Shown: piece after piece, positions 37,897-48,959 of the stretch | Layout of the letters: every line of letters starts with the position of its first letter | Position numbering within the stretch: position 1 is the stretch's first letter | Source of the DNA: Nitrosopumilus sp. | GTDB taxonomy: Archaea > Thermoproteota > Nitrososphaeria > Nitrososphaerales > Nitrosopumilaceae | Reading direction: 5' to 3' | Assembly: GCA_963662625.1 (NCBI GenBank) | Contig: OY759726.1 | Coordinates: 640,001 to 704,000, forward strand | DNA length: 64,000 bases | Translations under genes and position numbers: made by a program | The notes under the pieces: generated by a model | What the model was told of the DNA's origin: nothing | Database searches by the model: none | The model's input: the letters and a program-made list of their open reading frames with translations, nothing else

Positions 37897-39222
37897 TCAT
37901 CGTCCATACCTGCACAGCCACGGCAGCGACTCGCTGAAGGCGGGCTCCGGGTTGATCCGCCCCGCCCTCTGGGCCGGCCGCGACAGGTGCCTGTGGGCGG
38001 AGATCTCCGGCAGGTACAGCCGCCTCTCGAGCCTCCTGGGGACCACCAGGGTCCGCCTCTCGGCCGACCTCGCCCCGCACCTGGCGCACCGGTACCCCTG
38101 GCCTGCCCCCTTGGACTTCATCGACTTTGAGCACCTCCCGCAGAGGGGGTTGGAGCTTACCTCGTTCCTCGCCAGTGAGAGGACCTCCATGGACTCGACG
38201 TTGAGCACGCGGGGGAAGTTCCGCGACGCCCTGCGGACCCCGCCCCCGACGCGGATCCTGTCGCCCGGGATCAGCCCCATGGCCGCCTGCGCCATCCCGG
38301 TGGGCCTGTATACGGCGCACCCGAACCGCCCGCCCTCAAGCGAGATCGTGAAGAACGCGTGCCCGCCCCGGGCCGTCCTCGGCCCGGCCGCCACGGTGCC
38401 GGTGAGCGTCCCCGACGCGTAGGGCCTCAGGTCGGCGGGCCCGAGGCGGTTCTTCAGGTGGTCCCCCGTGCCCTGGTTGGACTGGAAGATCATGTGGCCG
38501 TCCAGCCTCTCGCCGGCCTCCAGCGTCCCCGCCGCGCGCAGCAGTGAGGGGGCGCTCTCCCCGCGGATGCCGCAGAAGACAGGGTCGGGCCCGCGGGGCG
38601 TGATGAGCACCCTGCGCCTTTTCTCGTCAAAGCTGCAGAAGGTGTCCGGGTTCTCCTCCTGCATGCGCCGCACGCTCCGGGCGGACACCGCGCGCCTTTT
38701 CCCGAACATCCGCCGCCTCCTGTAGCTCAGCAGCTCCAGTGTGTGGTCGCCAAAGCGGTAGCCCACCGCGCCTATCGCCCCGACCAGCCCCTGGCCGTTC
38801 CCCCGGAAAGAAAAGTCCAGGCCGTGCTCTGCGGCGAGCCTCCTCGCCTTCCCCCGGCCGACCAGCTGCCACAGCGCAAGCTCGCTGAACCTGGCAAGCG
38901 CGTCGGGGACGTCCAGGCCCTCGAGGAAGACGAGTCCGGGGTTGGCGCCGTTGGGCGTGTCGGAGTACCTCTCCACGAGCCCCCTCACCTGGTCCTTGGC
39001 ATCCGACGGGCTGGCGGTCCTGACCTTCAGCGCGACCGCCCCGTTGCCGCGGGTCTTCCAGGGTATGTTGGGGTTGAGCCTCACCAGCCTGGGAAAGCCG
39101 AGGAACTCCGCGCCCCGCTCCCTGAGCCGGCCTGCGATCTTGTATGCGAGGAACGTGGTGCACATCCCCTCCGGGGAGTCGGTGTCGTCGATGCCTATGT
39201 GGAGCGTGGCGTCCATCACCAC
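37897..39222 (-). CDS. tiaS: tRNA(Ile2) agmatidine synthetase
   Basis: GIDDTDS..GMCTT, RLNPNIPWKTRGNG, NQGTGDH, OB fold and Zn ribbon. Confidence 0.95.
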   Translation of the reverse strand: MVMDATLHIGIDDTDSPEGMCTTFLAYKIAGRLRERGAEFLGFPRLVRLNPNIPWKTRGNGAVALKVRTASPSDAKDQVRGLVERYSDTPNGANPGLVFLEGLDVPDALARFSELALWQLVGRGKARRLAAEHGLDFSFRGNGQGLVGAIGAVGYRFGDHTLELLSYRRRRMFGKRRAVSARSVRRMQEENPDTFCSFDEKRRRVLITPRGPDPVFCGIRGESAPSLLRAAGTLEAGERLDGHMIFQSNQGTGDHLKNRLGPADLRPYASGTLTGTVAAGPRTARGGHAFFTISLEGGRFGCAVYRPTGMAQAAMGLIPGDRIRVGGGVRRASRNFPRVLNVESMEVLSLARNEVSSNPLCGRCSKSMKSKGAGQGYRCARCGARSAERRTLVVPRRLERRLYLPEISAHRHLSRPAQRAGRINPEPAFSESLPWLCRYGR

Positions 39223-39297
39223 GTGGCGGGGCCCGGCACTTTTAGTTGTTTGACCCGCAGTTGGTTTAAATTGTTACCGGGGCCCTCCTAGGGCGGG

Positions 39298-40293
39298 TTG
39301 ATTGTCATAGACGAGGAGAGGATCTTCGAGGAGATCCGGGCCAGGAAGGCCGTGTCGGTCTCCCTGAACGGCCCGGACGGCATCCTGCCCAAGGTCCAGG
39401 AGACCGCGGTGAGGATCACCGAGAGGTTCGGCATCCCGGCCTTCGTCCTGGCCGACACGACGTGGGGGACGTGCGACCTGAACTCTGCCGGCTCGAGGGT
39501 GCTGGGCGCCGAGGTCCACTTCAACATAGGGCACACGATCAACACCGGCACCATGGGGGACGGCGTGGTGCTGGTGGACGCGTTTGACGACGTGGGCTTT
39601 GACGCCGTCGCCAGAAAGTGCGCCTCGGAGCTGGGGGAGAGGAGGGTGTCCCTGGTCACGGACAGCCAGCACCTCCGCCAGGTGGACGGCGTGAGGGCGA
39701 TCCTGGAGGGCGCCGGGATGGACGTCACGGTGGGCAGGGGCAGGGGGCAGCTGAACGACGGGCAGGTGTTCGGGTGCGAGTTCTACCCGGCGACGGGGCT
39801 GAAGGACGTGGTGGACGCCTACGTGTTCCTGGGCCAGAGCAACTTCCACGCGGCCGGGATCGCGCTGTCCACTGGCAAGCCGACGTACGTGCTGGACCCG
39901 TACTTTAACGAGGTCCGCGAGGTCACGGAGTTTGCCCTGAAGCTGAAAAAAAAGGCCACCATGGCAGTCTACAGGGCGGCCGGCGCCCGGACGTTCGGGG
40001 TCATCGTGGGGCTCAAGGAGGGGCAGCTGTCCAAGGTGTTCGCGCTGAAGTTCAAGAAGGAGCTGGAGAGGCGCGGGAAGGACGTCCAGCTGTTCGCGCT
40101 GACCGACATCACGAACGAGAGGCTGCGGAACCTGAAGGGGATCGACGCATTCGTCCAGGTGGCCTGCCCGAGGATCTCGACGGACAACCGGTTCGACATG
40201 CCCGTGCTGTCGACCCCGCAGGCAAACGCGCTGCTGAAGATCCTCGACGGGGAGGGCATAGAGGGGTACCTCGAGGCGCCCCACTGGCTTTGA
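39298..40293 (+). CDS. dph2: Diphthamide biosynthesis enzyme Dph2
   Basis: WGTCD, GQVFGC, ACPRI Fe-S cysteines. Confidence 0.93.
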   Translation: MIVIDEERIFEEIRARKAVSVSLNGPDGILPKVQETAVRITERFGIPAFVLADTTWGTCDLNSAGSRVLGAEVHFNIGHTINTGTMGDGVVLVDAFDDVGFDAVARKCASELGERRVSLVTDSQHLRQVDGVRAILEGAGMDVTVGRGRGQLNDGQVFGCEFYPATGLKDVVDAYVFLGQSNFHAAGIALSTGKPTYVLDPYFNEVREVTEFALKLKKKATMAVYRAAGARTFGVIVGLKEGQLSKVFALKFKKELERRGKDVQLFALTDITNERLRNLKGIDAFVQVACPRISTDNRFDMPVLSTPQANALLKILDGEGIEGYLEAPHWL

Positions 40294-40302
40294 GGCGCCC
40301 CG

Positions 40303-41373
40303 TCACGGCCTCAGCAGGATCTTCCCGAAGAGCCCCCTGCCCCCGAGCATCCTCGCGTGCGCCGCCGCCGCCTCCTCTAGGGGGTAGGCGGAGTCTATGA
40401 CCGATCTTATCCTGCCCCGGGACATCCAGCGGAGGCCCTGTTCCAGTTCTGCCCGCGTGCCCTGTGTCGAGCCCAGGATGTTGATCCCCTTGAAGAAGAC
40501 CTGCCTGAGATCCGTCCGCGTGTCATACCCCGTGGTGGCCCCGGTGGTGACGACCGTCGCGCCGTACTTTAACAGGGCCAGCTCCCTGTTCCAGTGCGAT
40601 CCCCCGATGTGCTCGAATATGACGTCCACCCCGGGCACGCCGCCCCAGGGTTCCGGGACTCCCCTGGCGATGGCCCGGACCTCCCCGTCCCAGCCATCCC
40701 TCCTGTGGTCCACGGCATGGTCGGCCCCGAGCTCCAGCAGCCTGTCCAGCTTGTCGCCGCTCGCGGTGGCGATCACGGTGCACCCGAACAGCTTTGCGAT
40801 CTGGATCCCGTAGTTCCCGACGCCCGAGCCCCCTCCCATCACCAGCACCAGCTGGCCCGGCCGGATCCCCGCCCTGCCCACCAGCATGTGCCACGAGGTG
40901 AGGAGCGTCATGGACGCGGCGGCCGCGTCCTCGTGCGAGACGTTGTCCGGGAGTTTGACCACGTTGGGTTCTGGCAGGTGGGCCAGCTCGCAGTACCCTC
41001 CCCACAGCGGGCCGGTCTCGAACCCCCAGATCCTCCGGCTCCTGCAGTCGTATTCGCGGCCGCCGGTGCACGCCTTGCAGGTCCTGCACGACAGGTTTCC
41101 GTGGGAGACCACCCGGTCGCCGACGCGCACGTCCCTTACCTCGTCGCCCACGGCGGTCACCGTGCCCGCCGCGTCGGTGCCCGAAACGTGGGGCAGCGGG
41201 ATCGCCAGCGGCTTTCCCCTCATCCCCCATATGTCGTCATAGTTCAGGGCCGCTGCCCTCACCCTGAAGACGACCTCGTCGGGCTTTGGGACCGGCTCGG
41301 GGATGTCCTTGATCTGCAGGATCTTGCCAAAGTCGTCGTCCGTGGCGTACTTTTCATATACCAGGGCCCTCAT
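40303..41373 (-). CDS. Zinc-binding medium-chain dehydrogenase/reductase
   Basis: CxxCxxCx7C structural Zn site, GGSGVG, GKILL. Confidence 0.9.
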   Translation of the reverse strand: MRALVYEKYATDDDFGKILQIKDIPEPVPKPDEVVFRVRAAALNYDDIWGMRGKPLAIPLPHVSGTDAAGTVTAVGDEVRDVRVGDRVVSHGNLSCRTCKACTGGREYDCRSRRIWGFETGPLWGGYCELAHLPEPNVVKLPDNVSHEDAAAASMTLLTSWHMLVGRAGIRPGQLVLVMGGGSGVGNYGIQIAKLFGCTVIATASGDKLDRLLELGADHAVDHRRDGWDGEVRAIARGVPEPWGGVPGVDVIFEHIGGSHWNRELALLKYGATVVTTGATTGYDTRTDLRQVFFKGINILGSTQGTRAELEQGLRWMSRGRIRSVIDSAYPLEEAAAAHARMLGGRGLFGKILLRP

Positions 41374-41569
41374 GGTTTTGTGCGGTTCTTTCTCTAGTTA
41401 TATGAGCTTCGGGCGCGGTTAGCCGTACAAAGTTCGGGTCGGATTCAGCATGGCGGGGAGCGCTGGCCGCGGTTTAGCGCGTGTCAGAGAACAGGACGGC
41501 GCGGGGGTGTCCGGGTTGTGGTTGCATGCAAAAGCGACGGGGGGTGGCCCGCCGGGCCCCGTGGGGTGC

Positions 41570-44500
41570 CTACGGCGACGCCGCCAGGCCTATCAGCATG
41601 GTGACCGACGAGCCGGGGGCCGGGTCGACTGCCGTGTAGGCGCCTGCCACCCCGGTCACGGGGTCGGCCGGGGCCGTCGCGACATAGCCGGCCGGCGGGT
41701 ACGCCTGCGCCTGCCAGTTGGCCGGCAGCAGGTCCGTCTTCGTGGCCACGCCGTCGTCGCCGGTGGTTATGGCGTCTATCGTGTTGATGGTGTACGAGTA
41801 GATCTGGACCTGCGCCCCCGGGAACGCGGCCTCGCCGGCGTCCCTGATGCCGTTGGCGTTGGCGTCCATGTAGGCGGTCACCGACAGGGACACCCGCTCG
41901 GACTGCGGCACGGGGTAGAAGCCGACGTCGAACGTCTCGACTGCGCGCCTCTCCGGGGTGACGTACGAGTAGAAGGCGTCCGTGCTCAGGGTGTGGCCCG
42001 GCGGGAAGTAGCCCGTCTGGACCAGCGTGAGGCGCGGCGCCGGCGCTATGCTGTCGAAGGCGTACGTGCCGTCGGGGCCGGTCGTGGCGGTCACCGACTG
42101 GCCGGACAGCGCGTCGATGGCGTACATCGTGTAGCCTGCCATGCCGGCCTCGCCGGAGCCCCGCGTGCCGTCGCCGTCGGCGTCCACGAAGACCGTCCCG
42201 GTGACGGTGGCGTAGTTGGACGCCGAGAGCGGCTCCAGCGCAAAGTCGACCGTCTGGGTGGCGCCCGCCGCCACGGTCACCGTCTCGAAGAAGGACTGGC
42301 CCACGGACGGGACGTGCGTGGCCGGCATGGCCACCTGGACTGTCCAGTCGCCGCCCGCCACGTCCGAGAAGGAGTAGTACCCGCCGGCGTTGGACCTGGA
42401 GGTGTACGAGGTGGAGCCGTTGAACAGCGTCACGTCTGCCTCGATGCCCGCCTCGAGCGCGCCCTTCGCGCCGTTGGCGTCGGCGTCGCTGAAGACGGTC
42501 CCCTGCACGGACGGGGTGGACACGGTGCCCAGGTCCTTCCAGGCGCCGCCCTGGACAGCCCAGAGGTTGTAGTTATGGAGCGCCAGGTCGCCGTTGGCGT
42601 CCAGCGCGTTGGGGCCGATGGCGCCGCTGGTCCTGGACGCGGCCACCGCGGGGACGTGCTGGAGCATGTCCGTGCCGGTGGCGCTCTGCGCCCGGTCTAT
42701 GGCCATCCCGGCCACCCAGACGGCGTCGTACGCGGAGTACGCGTAGACCGTCGGATCCCTGCCGAGGTTCTCCCTGACGTGTTCCATCACCTCGACGGTC
42801 TTGTCGGTGCGCTGCTCCTTGAACTGGATGGAGGTCATGCCGGTGGAGGTGGCAAAGGCGAGCGCCGTCGCGTCAATGGTTATCCTTGGGGTATTTGCGT
42901 TTATGCCGGAATCGAACCACGTCAGCGAGGGGAGCGTGTCCGTGGTGCTCGCGGCGGCCGACAGGTTCACGAGTTCGGCCCATCCCAGGAAGAGCACCCC
43001 GACGCCCGAGAGGTCGGCGCGTCCCTGGACTGCCGCCTGCGCGGCGGCCGCCGTGTCCGCAAAGTCCGTCGTGCCCGGCTCGTACGCCACCTGGGCGATC
43101 ACCGAGCCGCCCCTTGCCTGGTATGACGCCGTCACGACGTCGAGGAGCCCGGCGCCCCAGGTGTCGTCCCTGTATATGATTACCAGCGAGTTCTTGCCCG
43201 AGTCCACGATGTGCTGGGCGAGGATCGGCGCGTGCGCGACGCTGGTGGGGCTCATCCGGAAGACGTTGTCGGGCTGTGCCAGTGACTCCGCTGTAGAGCA
43301 GCAGCTCACCAGCACCATCCCGTTGGCGTTGACATAGTCAATGACGTAACTGACGCTGGCGCTTGTCGGGACGCCCAGCACCACGTCTACGCCCTCGGTC
43401 TTGAGGGCCTGCACCTGCGCCAGCGTGGTCGGGCCGTCGATCCTGTTGTCCTGGTACGGGGCCACGAGCGTCCAGTCCCTGCCCTGGTCTGCCAGCCACT
43501 GGTTAAAGTCGGTCACGGCCTTTGCGGAAGTCAGTATGGTCTCCTGACCCTCCGCCTTGAATTCTGGCGCGTCAGAGAGCAGCAGCCCCACCTTGACGTT
43601 GCCGGCAAGCGGGGTTATGCACTGGCTGGTGTACGGGTGCGGCTCCTGCCCCGGCGGGCACTGGCCCGTGGAGACGGCGCTGCCGTCGGTGGTGGACACC
43701 ACCCGGACCCCCTGGTTCATGGAGTCGTCGGCATAGTCCACCGAGAACGTTATGGAGGCGCCCAGCGACGCCGCGTCGGTGAAGGTCCGCGCCGCCGTCC
43801 ACTGGTTGCCCGATGCGTTGGAGGCCTGGACGGTGGAGCCGTTCATGGAGACTATGGGGTCGGAGATCGGCTCGGACGCCGTGAAGCTCAGGGTCACCGT
43901 GTCGCCCACGGTTGCAAAGCCCGGGTCGTCGTTGGACGACGCCAGGCCCACGAACGGCAGCGACGGGGCCTGCCCGTCGGCGGCGGCGACGTTGAGCGGC
44001 CCGGCAAACATGTTGCCGTCGGCGTCCGTGATGCCGGAGCCCACGGTGACTGACGCCGTGGCGTAGGCCGGGACCGCGGCGCCGCCGAAGGTCACCGTGA
44101 CGGAGGAGCCTGCGCTGGCGGCGCCGGTGACGTTCCTGACGCCGCCCGGTATCAGGGTCATGTTGGCAAAGTCAGCCGCGGAAGCCGTCACGGGCTCGGT
44201 GAATGTCACCGTGACGGAGTTGGGCCCGGTCACCGCCGAGGAGACGTGCAGCGGCGAGAGCCCCACGTTGCTGTAAAAGACCGACGAGCCGTCGGTGGTG
44301 GCCGTCGCCCGCGTGCCGTCGTTGCCGTCCATGTCTGAATAGTCGATCGTGAAGGCGAGCCTGCCGTCGGTGTCGCCCTGCTGCATCACCCTGGAGGCGG
44401 TCCACTGGTTGCCCGTCAGGTTGTAGACGCTGTCGGCGGCGTTGCCGTCGATGGTGACCGCCGGGAGCGATATCGCCTCGGACGCCGTGAAGCCCAGGGT

Positions 44501-47500
44501 CACCGTGTCGCCCACGGTGGCCTGCGAGGCGTTTGTCTGGTTGTCGGAGGACATGGTGACGCTGGACAGCGCTGGCGGCTGTCCCGCCTCCGCCCTGTAG
44601 CCCGTGACGGCCACGAACGCGGTGCCGTCGTTGTCCACGATTCCCGTGGTGACGTCCAGCAGGGCGGTCGCCGCCGTGGACACGGCGGGGCCGTCAAACG
44701 TGAGCGTTATGGTGTCCGTGCCGGAGCCCGAGACCGCCGTGACGCTCCTGGGGCCCCCCGGGAATAGCTGCAGGTTGGCAAACGCCGAGGCGCCGGCGGT
44801 GACCCCCTCGGAGAAGGCCACGGTTATCTGGTTCGGGCCCGTGACGGCCGCGGACACCAGGACTGGCACCTGCCCGGCGGCCACCATGTAGCCGGTCTTT
44901 GGCGAAAGGGCGTTTCCTATCAGGTCGGCTATGGAATCCGACACGTCCATCTGGCCGGAGGTCCCCACGGGGGCCTTGGGGCCGTCAAACGTGAGCGTTA
45001 TGGTGTCCGTGCCGGAGCCGGCGGCGCCGGTGACGTTCCTGGGATCGACGGCGTCGCCCACCACCAGACCGGTAAAGTCCGCGGCAGACGCCGTCACGGG
45101 CTCGGAGAATGTCACCGTGACCCGGTCGCTGCCGGTGATCCTGGCGGACAGAAGGGTCGGGTCGCCCATCGCTTCCACCTTTATGCTCCCTGCCTCGAGC
45201 GCGATGTCGGCCAGGTCCTTGACGCCGGTGACGTTGTTGATCACCCCGGTGGTGGACCGGTCCACGTCGTCGCCCGTGAAGAGCAGCTGGTGCGTCGCGG
45301 TCGTGAACTGCCCGCCAGCAGGGTCCCTGTTGTCGTTGGCGCCAAACACCAGGTCGGGGTAGGAGGTCACCGCGTTGGCGGTCACGCCCTCAGAGTACAC
45401 GATCTTTATGGAGTTGGCGTCGGCGAACTCCCCGCGGAGCACCAGCGGGGCCTGCCCGTCGGAGACCGGCACCCCGGCGAACTTGCCCTCCGTCTGGGGG
45501 GTCTTGGTGCCGTCGGCGGAGAATCCCGCAAACGCGTTCTGGCCGCGCGAGGTGTCCGATATGCCGGCCATTATGTCGATCTTGGCGGTGGCGTCGGTCC
45601 CTACCGCGTCGCCGTCGAAGGCCATGGTGTACGTGGAGCCCGATCCGGCGAATCCCGTGATCTTCCTTGCCTCGTCCTCGTAGAGGACGTTGTTGCTGCT
45701 GTCGGTGCCCGCGGCGATCATGAGGCCGTCAAAGTCCGCCAGTTCAGTGGCGACCGGCTCGGTGAACTCCGCCGTCAGCTGGTTGGGGCCGGTGATCGAC
45801 ACCGTCACCCTCGGCGGCTGCCCGTCCTCTACCGCCTTGTCCTGGAGGGGCTTTAGCGTGTTCCGCGGGGAGGCGTTGTCGATCGGGCCCGCTATGTCCA
45901 CGGTCGCGACCGCGTCGGTCCCCACCGGGTCCCCGTCGAAGGTCAGCTCGACCGCGGCGGCGATAGTGGAGACGTTCGTGACGGCCCTCGCCGTGGGGCT
46001 GCCGTCGATCCTCAGGTCGGTGTAGTCGCCCGGAAACGTGCTTACGCTCTCGGAGAACTCCACGGTCAGCTGGTTGGGGCCGGTCACTTTGGCGGAGAGC
46101 ACCGTCGGGATCTGCCCCGCCTTGACGGCGTAGTTGACGTACCCGGGCGGGCTCGGCACCTGGAACGCGTTTCCTGACGTGTCCTCGATTCCGCCGGTGA
46201 CGTTTACCGTCCCGCTGGTGCCGGTTGGCACGCCCGTGCCGCCGAAGGTCAGCTTGATGGAGGCTGACGGCTCACTCGTCACATCGTTGATGTTGCGGAA
46301 GTTGCCGTCGGACAGGCGGAACGCCACGAACGCGGACTTGAGGTCGCCGCCGTCGGGCTCTTTGACCGCTTCGGAGAACTTTGCGGTCACCTGGTTGGGC
46401 CCGGTGATGGAGATCGACTCCAGGGCGGGCGCCTGGCCGTCGCCGACCGGGACGTCCGCGTACTTGCCGGCGACGGGCTCGGTGGCGGCGCCGTCACCGT
46501 CACGGACCACGAACTTGTTGCCCGCCGGCCTGTCGGCCACCTTGCCGGAGATGTCGACGTAGCCGGTCGCGTCGTCGGCGACGGGGTCGCCGTTGAAGGC
46601 CATGGTGTACGTGGAGCCCGATCCCGCGAATCCCGTGATCTTCCTCGCTTCCCCGCCGGTGGTGGGGCCGATCGTGAGGCCGTCAAAGTCCGCCATCCTC
46701 GCGATGACCGGCTCGGTGAACTCCGCCGTCAGCTGGTTGGGGCCGGTGATCGACAGCTCCACCTCCGGCCGCTGCCCGTCGGACACCGGCTGGTTGTCGA
46801 TGTCGACTTTTCCGATGGCGTTGGGGGGAGTCGCGCCGTCTACCACGCTCTTTGAGATGTCTATGGTGGCCGTGGCGCCCGTGCCCACCTTGTCGCCGCC
46901 GAAGGTCAGGGTGTATGTGGCGCTCGGCCCGTTGCCCGGGGATATGCCGCTGAGCGTTCTTGCGGTGGCGCTGCCGTCGATCCGCAGGTCGTTGAAGTCT
47001 CCCTGCACTGCGGTGACGGACTCGGTGAACACCACGGTCACCTGGTCGGGGCCGGTGATCTCTATGGACTTGACCGCCGGCCTCTGCGAGGCGTCCACGG
47101 CGACCCCCGACCTCGCGACGATCGGGTTGCCCTTGGAGTCCAGCACGCCTTTGCCCACGCTGATGGTGCCGGTGCTGTCGGCCGGGGCGCTAGCAAGGGG
47201 CGGGACGTCGTCGTTGGAACCAAAGGTGATGTCGTAGGCGTTTGGAATGGAGGAGTGGGCGGCGGCGCTGGTCAGGGTACTGGCCGTGCGCTGGCCCGTG
47301 ACCAGGAAGTCGGTGATGTTGGTCAGAACGCCGCCGGTGGTGGCGGTGATGGTGCCGCCACCCATGGCCTCGGAGAACGTCACGGTGACTTTGTTGGCTG
47401 TGGTGATACCCGCCGACACCAGGGTGGGCGCCTGGCCGTCGTAGACTGCCACGTCGGTGACCTGGGCGGGGACCGGGTCGCCGGCGAGGAGCGCGTGCAC

Positions 47501-48835
47501 GTTCCCCGCAACGTCGGTCAGCGAGTCCTTGACGGTGACGGTCGCCGTGGCGCCCGTGCCCACCCCGTCGCCGTCAAACGTCAGGGTGAGCGTGTCGGTG
47601 CCGGAGCCGGCGACCGCGGTGATGCTCCTGTCATCCTGGTCGGCGGTGGTGCTGGTGTCGCCGTCGGCGTCTATCACCAGCGCGCCGAACGTGCCCGCGC
47701 CGGCCAGGACCCGCTCCTGGGACTTTATGGTTATCGTGTTGGGGCCCGAGACCACCATGTACTTGTCGTCCGTCTCGGCGCCTTCTGCCGGGTGGTCTGC
47801 GAGAGCCGGCCTCTGGCCGTCGGTCACTATCACGTTCAGCCGCGCGGCCGAGTCGTTCGCAGACGTCGCGTCGTCTGACACCACGCCTACGTTGAGGAGG
47901 CCCGTGGCCGAGACTTTCAACGCGGTGCCGGTCGCCAGCGTTAGCGTGGTGGTGCCGTTAAGATGGGTGGCGCCGTCGTTGGCAAGCGTCACTATCTTGC
48001 CGTCAATCCTGATGTTGGTATAGTCCTCAGCCGTATCGCTCGCGTCGGACAGGGTTTCGGACCATTTCACCTGGATCTTGTCGGTGCCCGTGACCGTGGC
48101 CGACACGACGTACGGGGCCTGGGCATCAATCAAATCCTGCTCGGGGACCGCGGCCAGCTCGTTCGTGGCAAGGTCGGCCACGCCGCCGGAGATGGCTATA
48201 GTCCCACTGGCCCCGGTCGAGGCCGGGGTGCCGTAGAAGGTTATGGTGTGCGTGTCGGTGCCGGAGCCCGAGAGCTTCATGATGTTCCTGGGCAGGTCAG
48301 TGGCGTTCTCGACGCCCTGGTTTATCTCCAGGGTGGTATAGTCGGTAATCTTTGCGACCACCCTCTCGTCGTACTTTACGGTGACCTTGTTCGGGCCGGT
48401 GACCGCGGTACCCGCGGCGACGACGCTGGGCTTGACGCCGTCGGTCGCCACGACGGACTCGTTGGTGTACGTCTCGGTGGCGTCGTCATCCAGGGCCACC
48501 GTGCCGGTGAGCCTCACGGTGGGCGTGGCGTCCGCGTCCAGCGCGTTGCCGGAGGGCAGGACCAGGGTCGCGGTGGCGGCGCCGTCAGAGTGGGTAATTG
48601 AAGCGGGATTCACGCCGTCGACCGTGAAGGCGGCCTGGCTGGAGGTCAGGTCATCCACGTCGGCCGCGAAGGTCACCGTCACCTGCAGGTTCGCGTCGAT
48701 GTTGTCAACGGAACCTCCGGTCTGCGCCCCCTTGAGGATGCTGTCGGGGGCCGTCTGCGCGAAGGACTCGCCTGCCAATGAGAAAGCGGACACCATTGAC
48801 ACCGCGAGTATCGCGAAGAGTACCGTGTTGTTCAT
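41570..48835 (-). CDS. Giant secreted protein, paralog C (2421 aa), near-copy of B with A-like patches
   Basis: Translation matches B except the N-terminal domain, binding-domain loops and a few isolated residues. Confidence 0.93.
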   Translation of the reverse strand: MNNTVLFAILAVSMVSAFSLAGESFAQTAPDSILKGAQTGGSVDNIDANLQVTVTFAADVDDLTSSQAAFTVDGVNPASITHSDGAATATLVLPSGNALDADATPTVRLTGTVALDDDATETYTNESVVATDGVKPSVVAAGTAVTGPNKVTVKYDERVVAKITDYTTLEINQGVENATDLPRNIMKLSGSGTDTHTITFYGTPASTGASGTIAISGGVADLATNELAAVPEQDLIDAQAPYVVSATVTGTDKIQVKWSETLSDASDTAEDYTNIRIDGKIVTLANDGATHLNGTTTLTLATGTALKVSATGLLNVGVVSDDATSANDSAARLNVIVTDGQRPALADHPAEGAETDDKYMVVSGPNTITIKSQERVLAGAGTFGALVIDADGDTSTTADQDDRSITAVAGSGTDTLTLTFDGDGVGTGATATVTVKDSLTDVAGNVHALLAGDPVPAQVTDVAVYDGQAPTLVSAGITTANKVTVTFSEAMGGGTITATTGGVLTNITDFLVTGQRTASTLTSAAAHSSIPNAYDITFGSNDDVPPLASAPADSTGTISVGKGVLDSKGNPIVARSGVAVDASQRPAVKSIEITGPDQVTVVFTESVTAVQGDFNDLRIDGSATARTLSGISPGNGPSATYTLTFGGDKVGTGATATIDISKSVVDGATPPNAIGKVDIDNQPVSDGQRPEVELSITGPNQLTAEFTEPVIARMADFDGLTIGPTTGGEARKITGFAGSGSTYTMAFNGDPVADDATGYVDISGKVADRPAGNKFVVRDGDGAATEPVAGKYADVPVGDGQAPALESISITGPNQVTAKFSEAVKEPDGGDLKSAFVAFRLSDGNFRNINDVTSEPSASIKLTFGGTGVPTGTSGTVNVTGGIEDTSGNAFQVPSPPGYVNYAVKAGQIPTVLSAKVTGPNQLTVEFSESVSTFPGDYTDLRIDGSPTARAVTNVSTIAAAVELTFDGDPVGTDAVATVDIAGPIDNASPRNTLKPLQDKAVEDGQPPRVTVSITGPNQLTAEFTEPVATELADFDGLMIAAGTDSSNNVLYEDEARKITGFAGSGSTYTMAFDGDAVGTDATAKIDIMAGISDTSRGQNAFAGFSADGTKTPQTEGKFAGVPVSDGQAPLVLRGEFADANSIKIVYSEGVTANAVTSYPDLVFGANDNRDPAGGQFTTATHQLLFTGDDVDRSTTGVINNVTGVKDLADIALEAGSIKVEAMGDPTLLSARITGSDRVTVTFSEPVTASAADFTGLVVGDAVDPRNVTGAAGSGTDTITLTFDGPKAPVGTSGQMDVSDSIADLIGNALSPKTGYMVAAGQVPVLVSAAVTGPNQITVAFSEGVTAGASAFANLQLFPGGPRSVTAVSGSGTDTITLTFDGPAVSTAATALLDVTTGIVDNDGTAFVAVTGYRAEAGQPPALSSVTMSSDNQTNASQATVGDTVTLGFTASEAISLPAVTIDGNAADSVYNLTGNQWTASRVMQQGDTDGRLAFTIDYSDMDGNDGTRATATTDGSSVFYSNVGLSPLHVSSAVTGPNSVTVTFTEPVTASAADFANMTLIPGGVRNVTGAASAGSSVTVTFGGAAVPAYATASVTVGSGITDADGNMFAGPLNVAAADGQAPSLPFVGLASSNDDPGFATVGDTVTLSFTASEPISDPIVSMNGSTVQASNASGNQWTAARTFTDAASLGASITFSVDYADDSMNQGVRVVSTTDGSAVSTGQCPPGQEPHPYTSQCITPLAGNVKVGLLLSDAPEFKAEGQETILTSAKAVTDFNQWLADQGRDWTLVAPYQDNRIDGPTTLAQVQALKTEGVDVVLGVPTSASVSYVIDYVNANGMVLVSCCSTAESLAQPDNVFRMSPTSVAHAPILAQHIVDSGKNSLVIIYRDDTWGAGLLDVVTASYQARGGSVIAQVAYEPGTTDFADTAAAAQAAVQGRADLSGVGVLFLGWAELVNLSAAASTTDTLPSLTWFDSGINANTPRITIDATALAFATSTGMTSIQFKEQRTDKTVEVMEHVRENLGRDPTVYAYSAYDAVWVAGMAIDRAQSATGTDMLQHVPAVAASRTSGAIGPNALDANGDLALHNYNLWAVQGGAWKDLGTVSTPSVQGTVFSDADANGAKGALEAGIEADVTLFNGSTSYTSRSNAGGYYSFSDVAGGDWTVQVAMPATHVPSVGQSFFETVTVAAGATQTVDFALEPLSASNYATVTGTVFVDADGDGTRGSGEAGMAGYTMYAIDALSGQSVTATTGPDGTYAFDSIAPAPRLTLVQTGYFPPGHTLSTDAFYSYVTPERRAVETFDVGFYPVPQSERVSLSVTAYMDANANGIRDAGEAAFPGAQVQIYSYTINTIDAITTGDDGVATKTDLLPANWQAQAYPPAGYVATAPADPVTGVAGAYTAVDPAPGSSVTMLIGLAASP

Positions 48836-48836
48836 C

Positions 48837-48959
48837 CTAGATCATGCCCTCCATAGTTCCTATGGGTGGCAGACTCTCAAAAATGCCCTCTGCTGGGGGC
48901 GTGCAACGCTTGCATTCCGCCACGGTACGTGGCACTAGTACATTGAATTCCGCTTTCAT
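48837..48959 (-). CDS. Leader ORF, 40 aa CxxC, upstream of paralog C
   Basis: Identical to 19685-19807; TATA at 48984-48992. Confidence 0.6.
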   Translation of the reverse strand: MKAEFNVLVPRTVAECKRCTPPAEGIFESLPPIGTMEGMI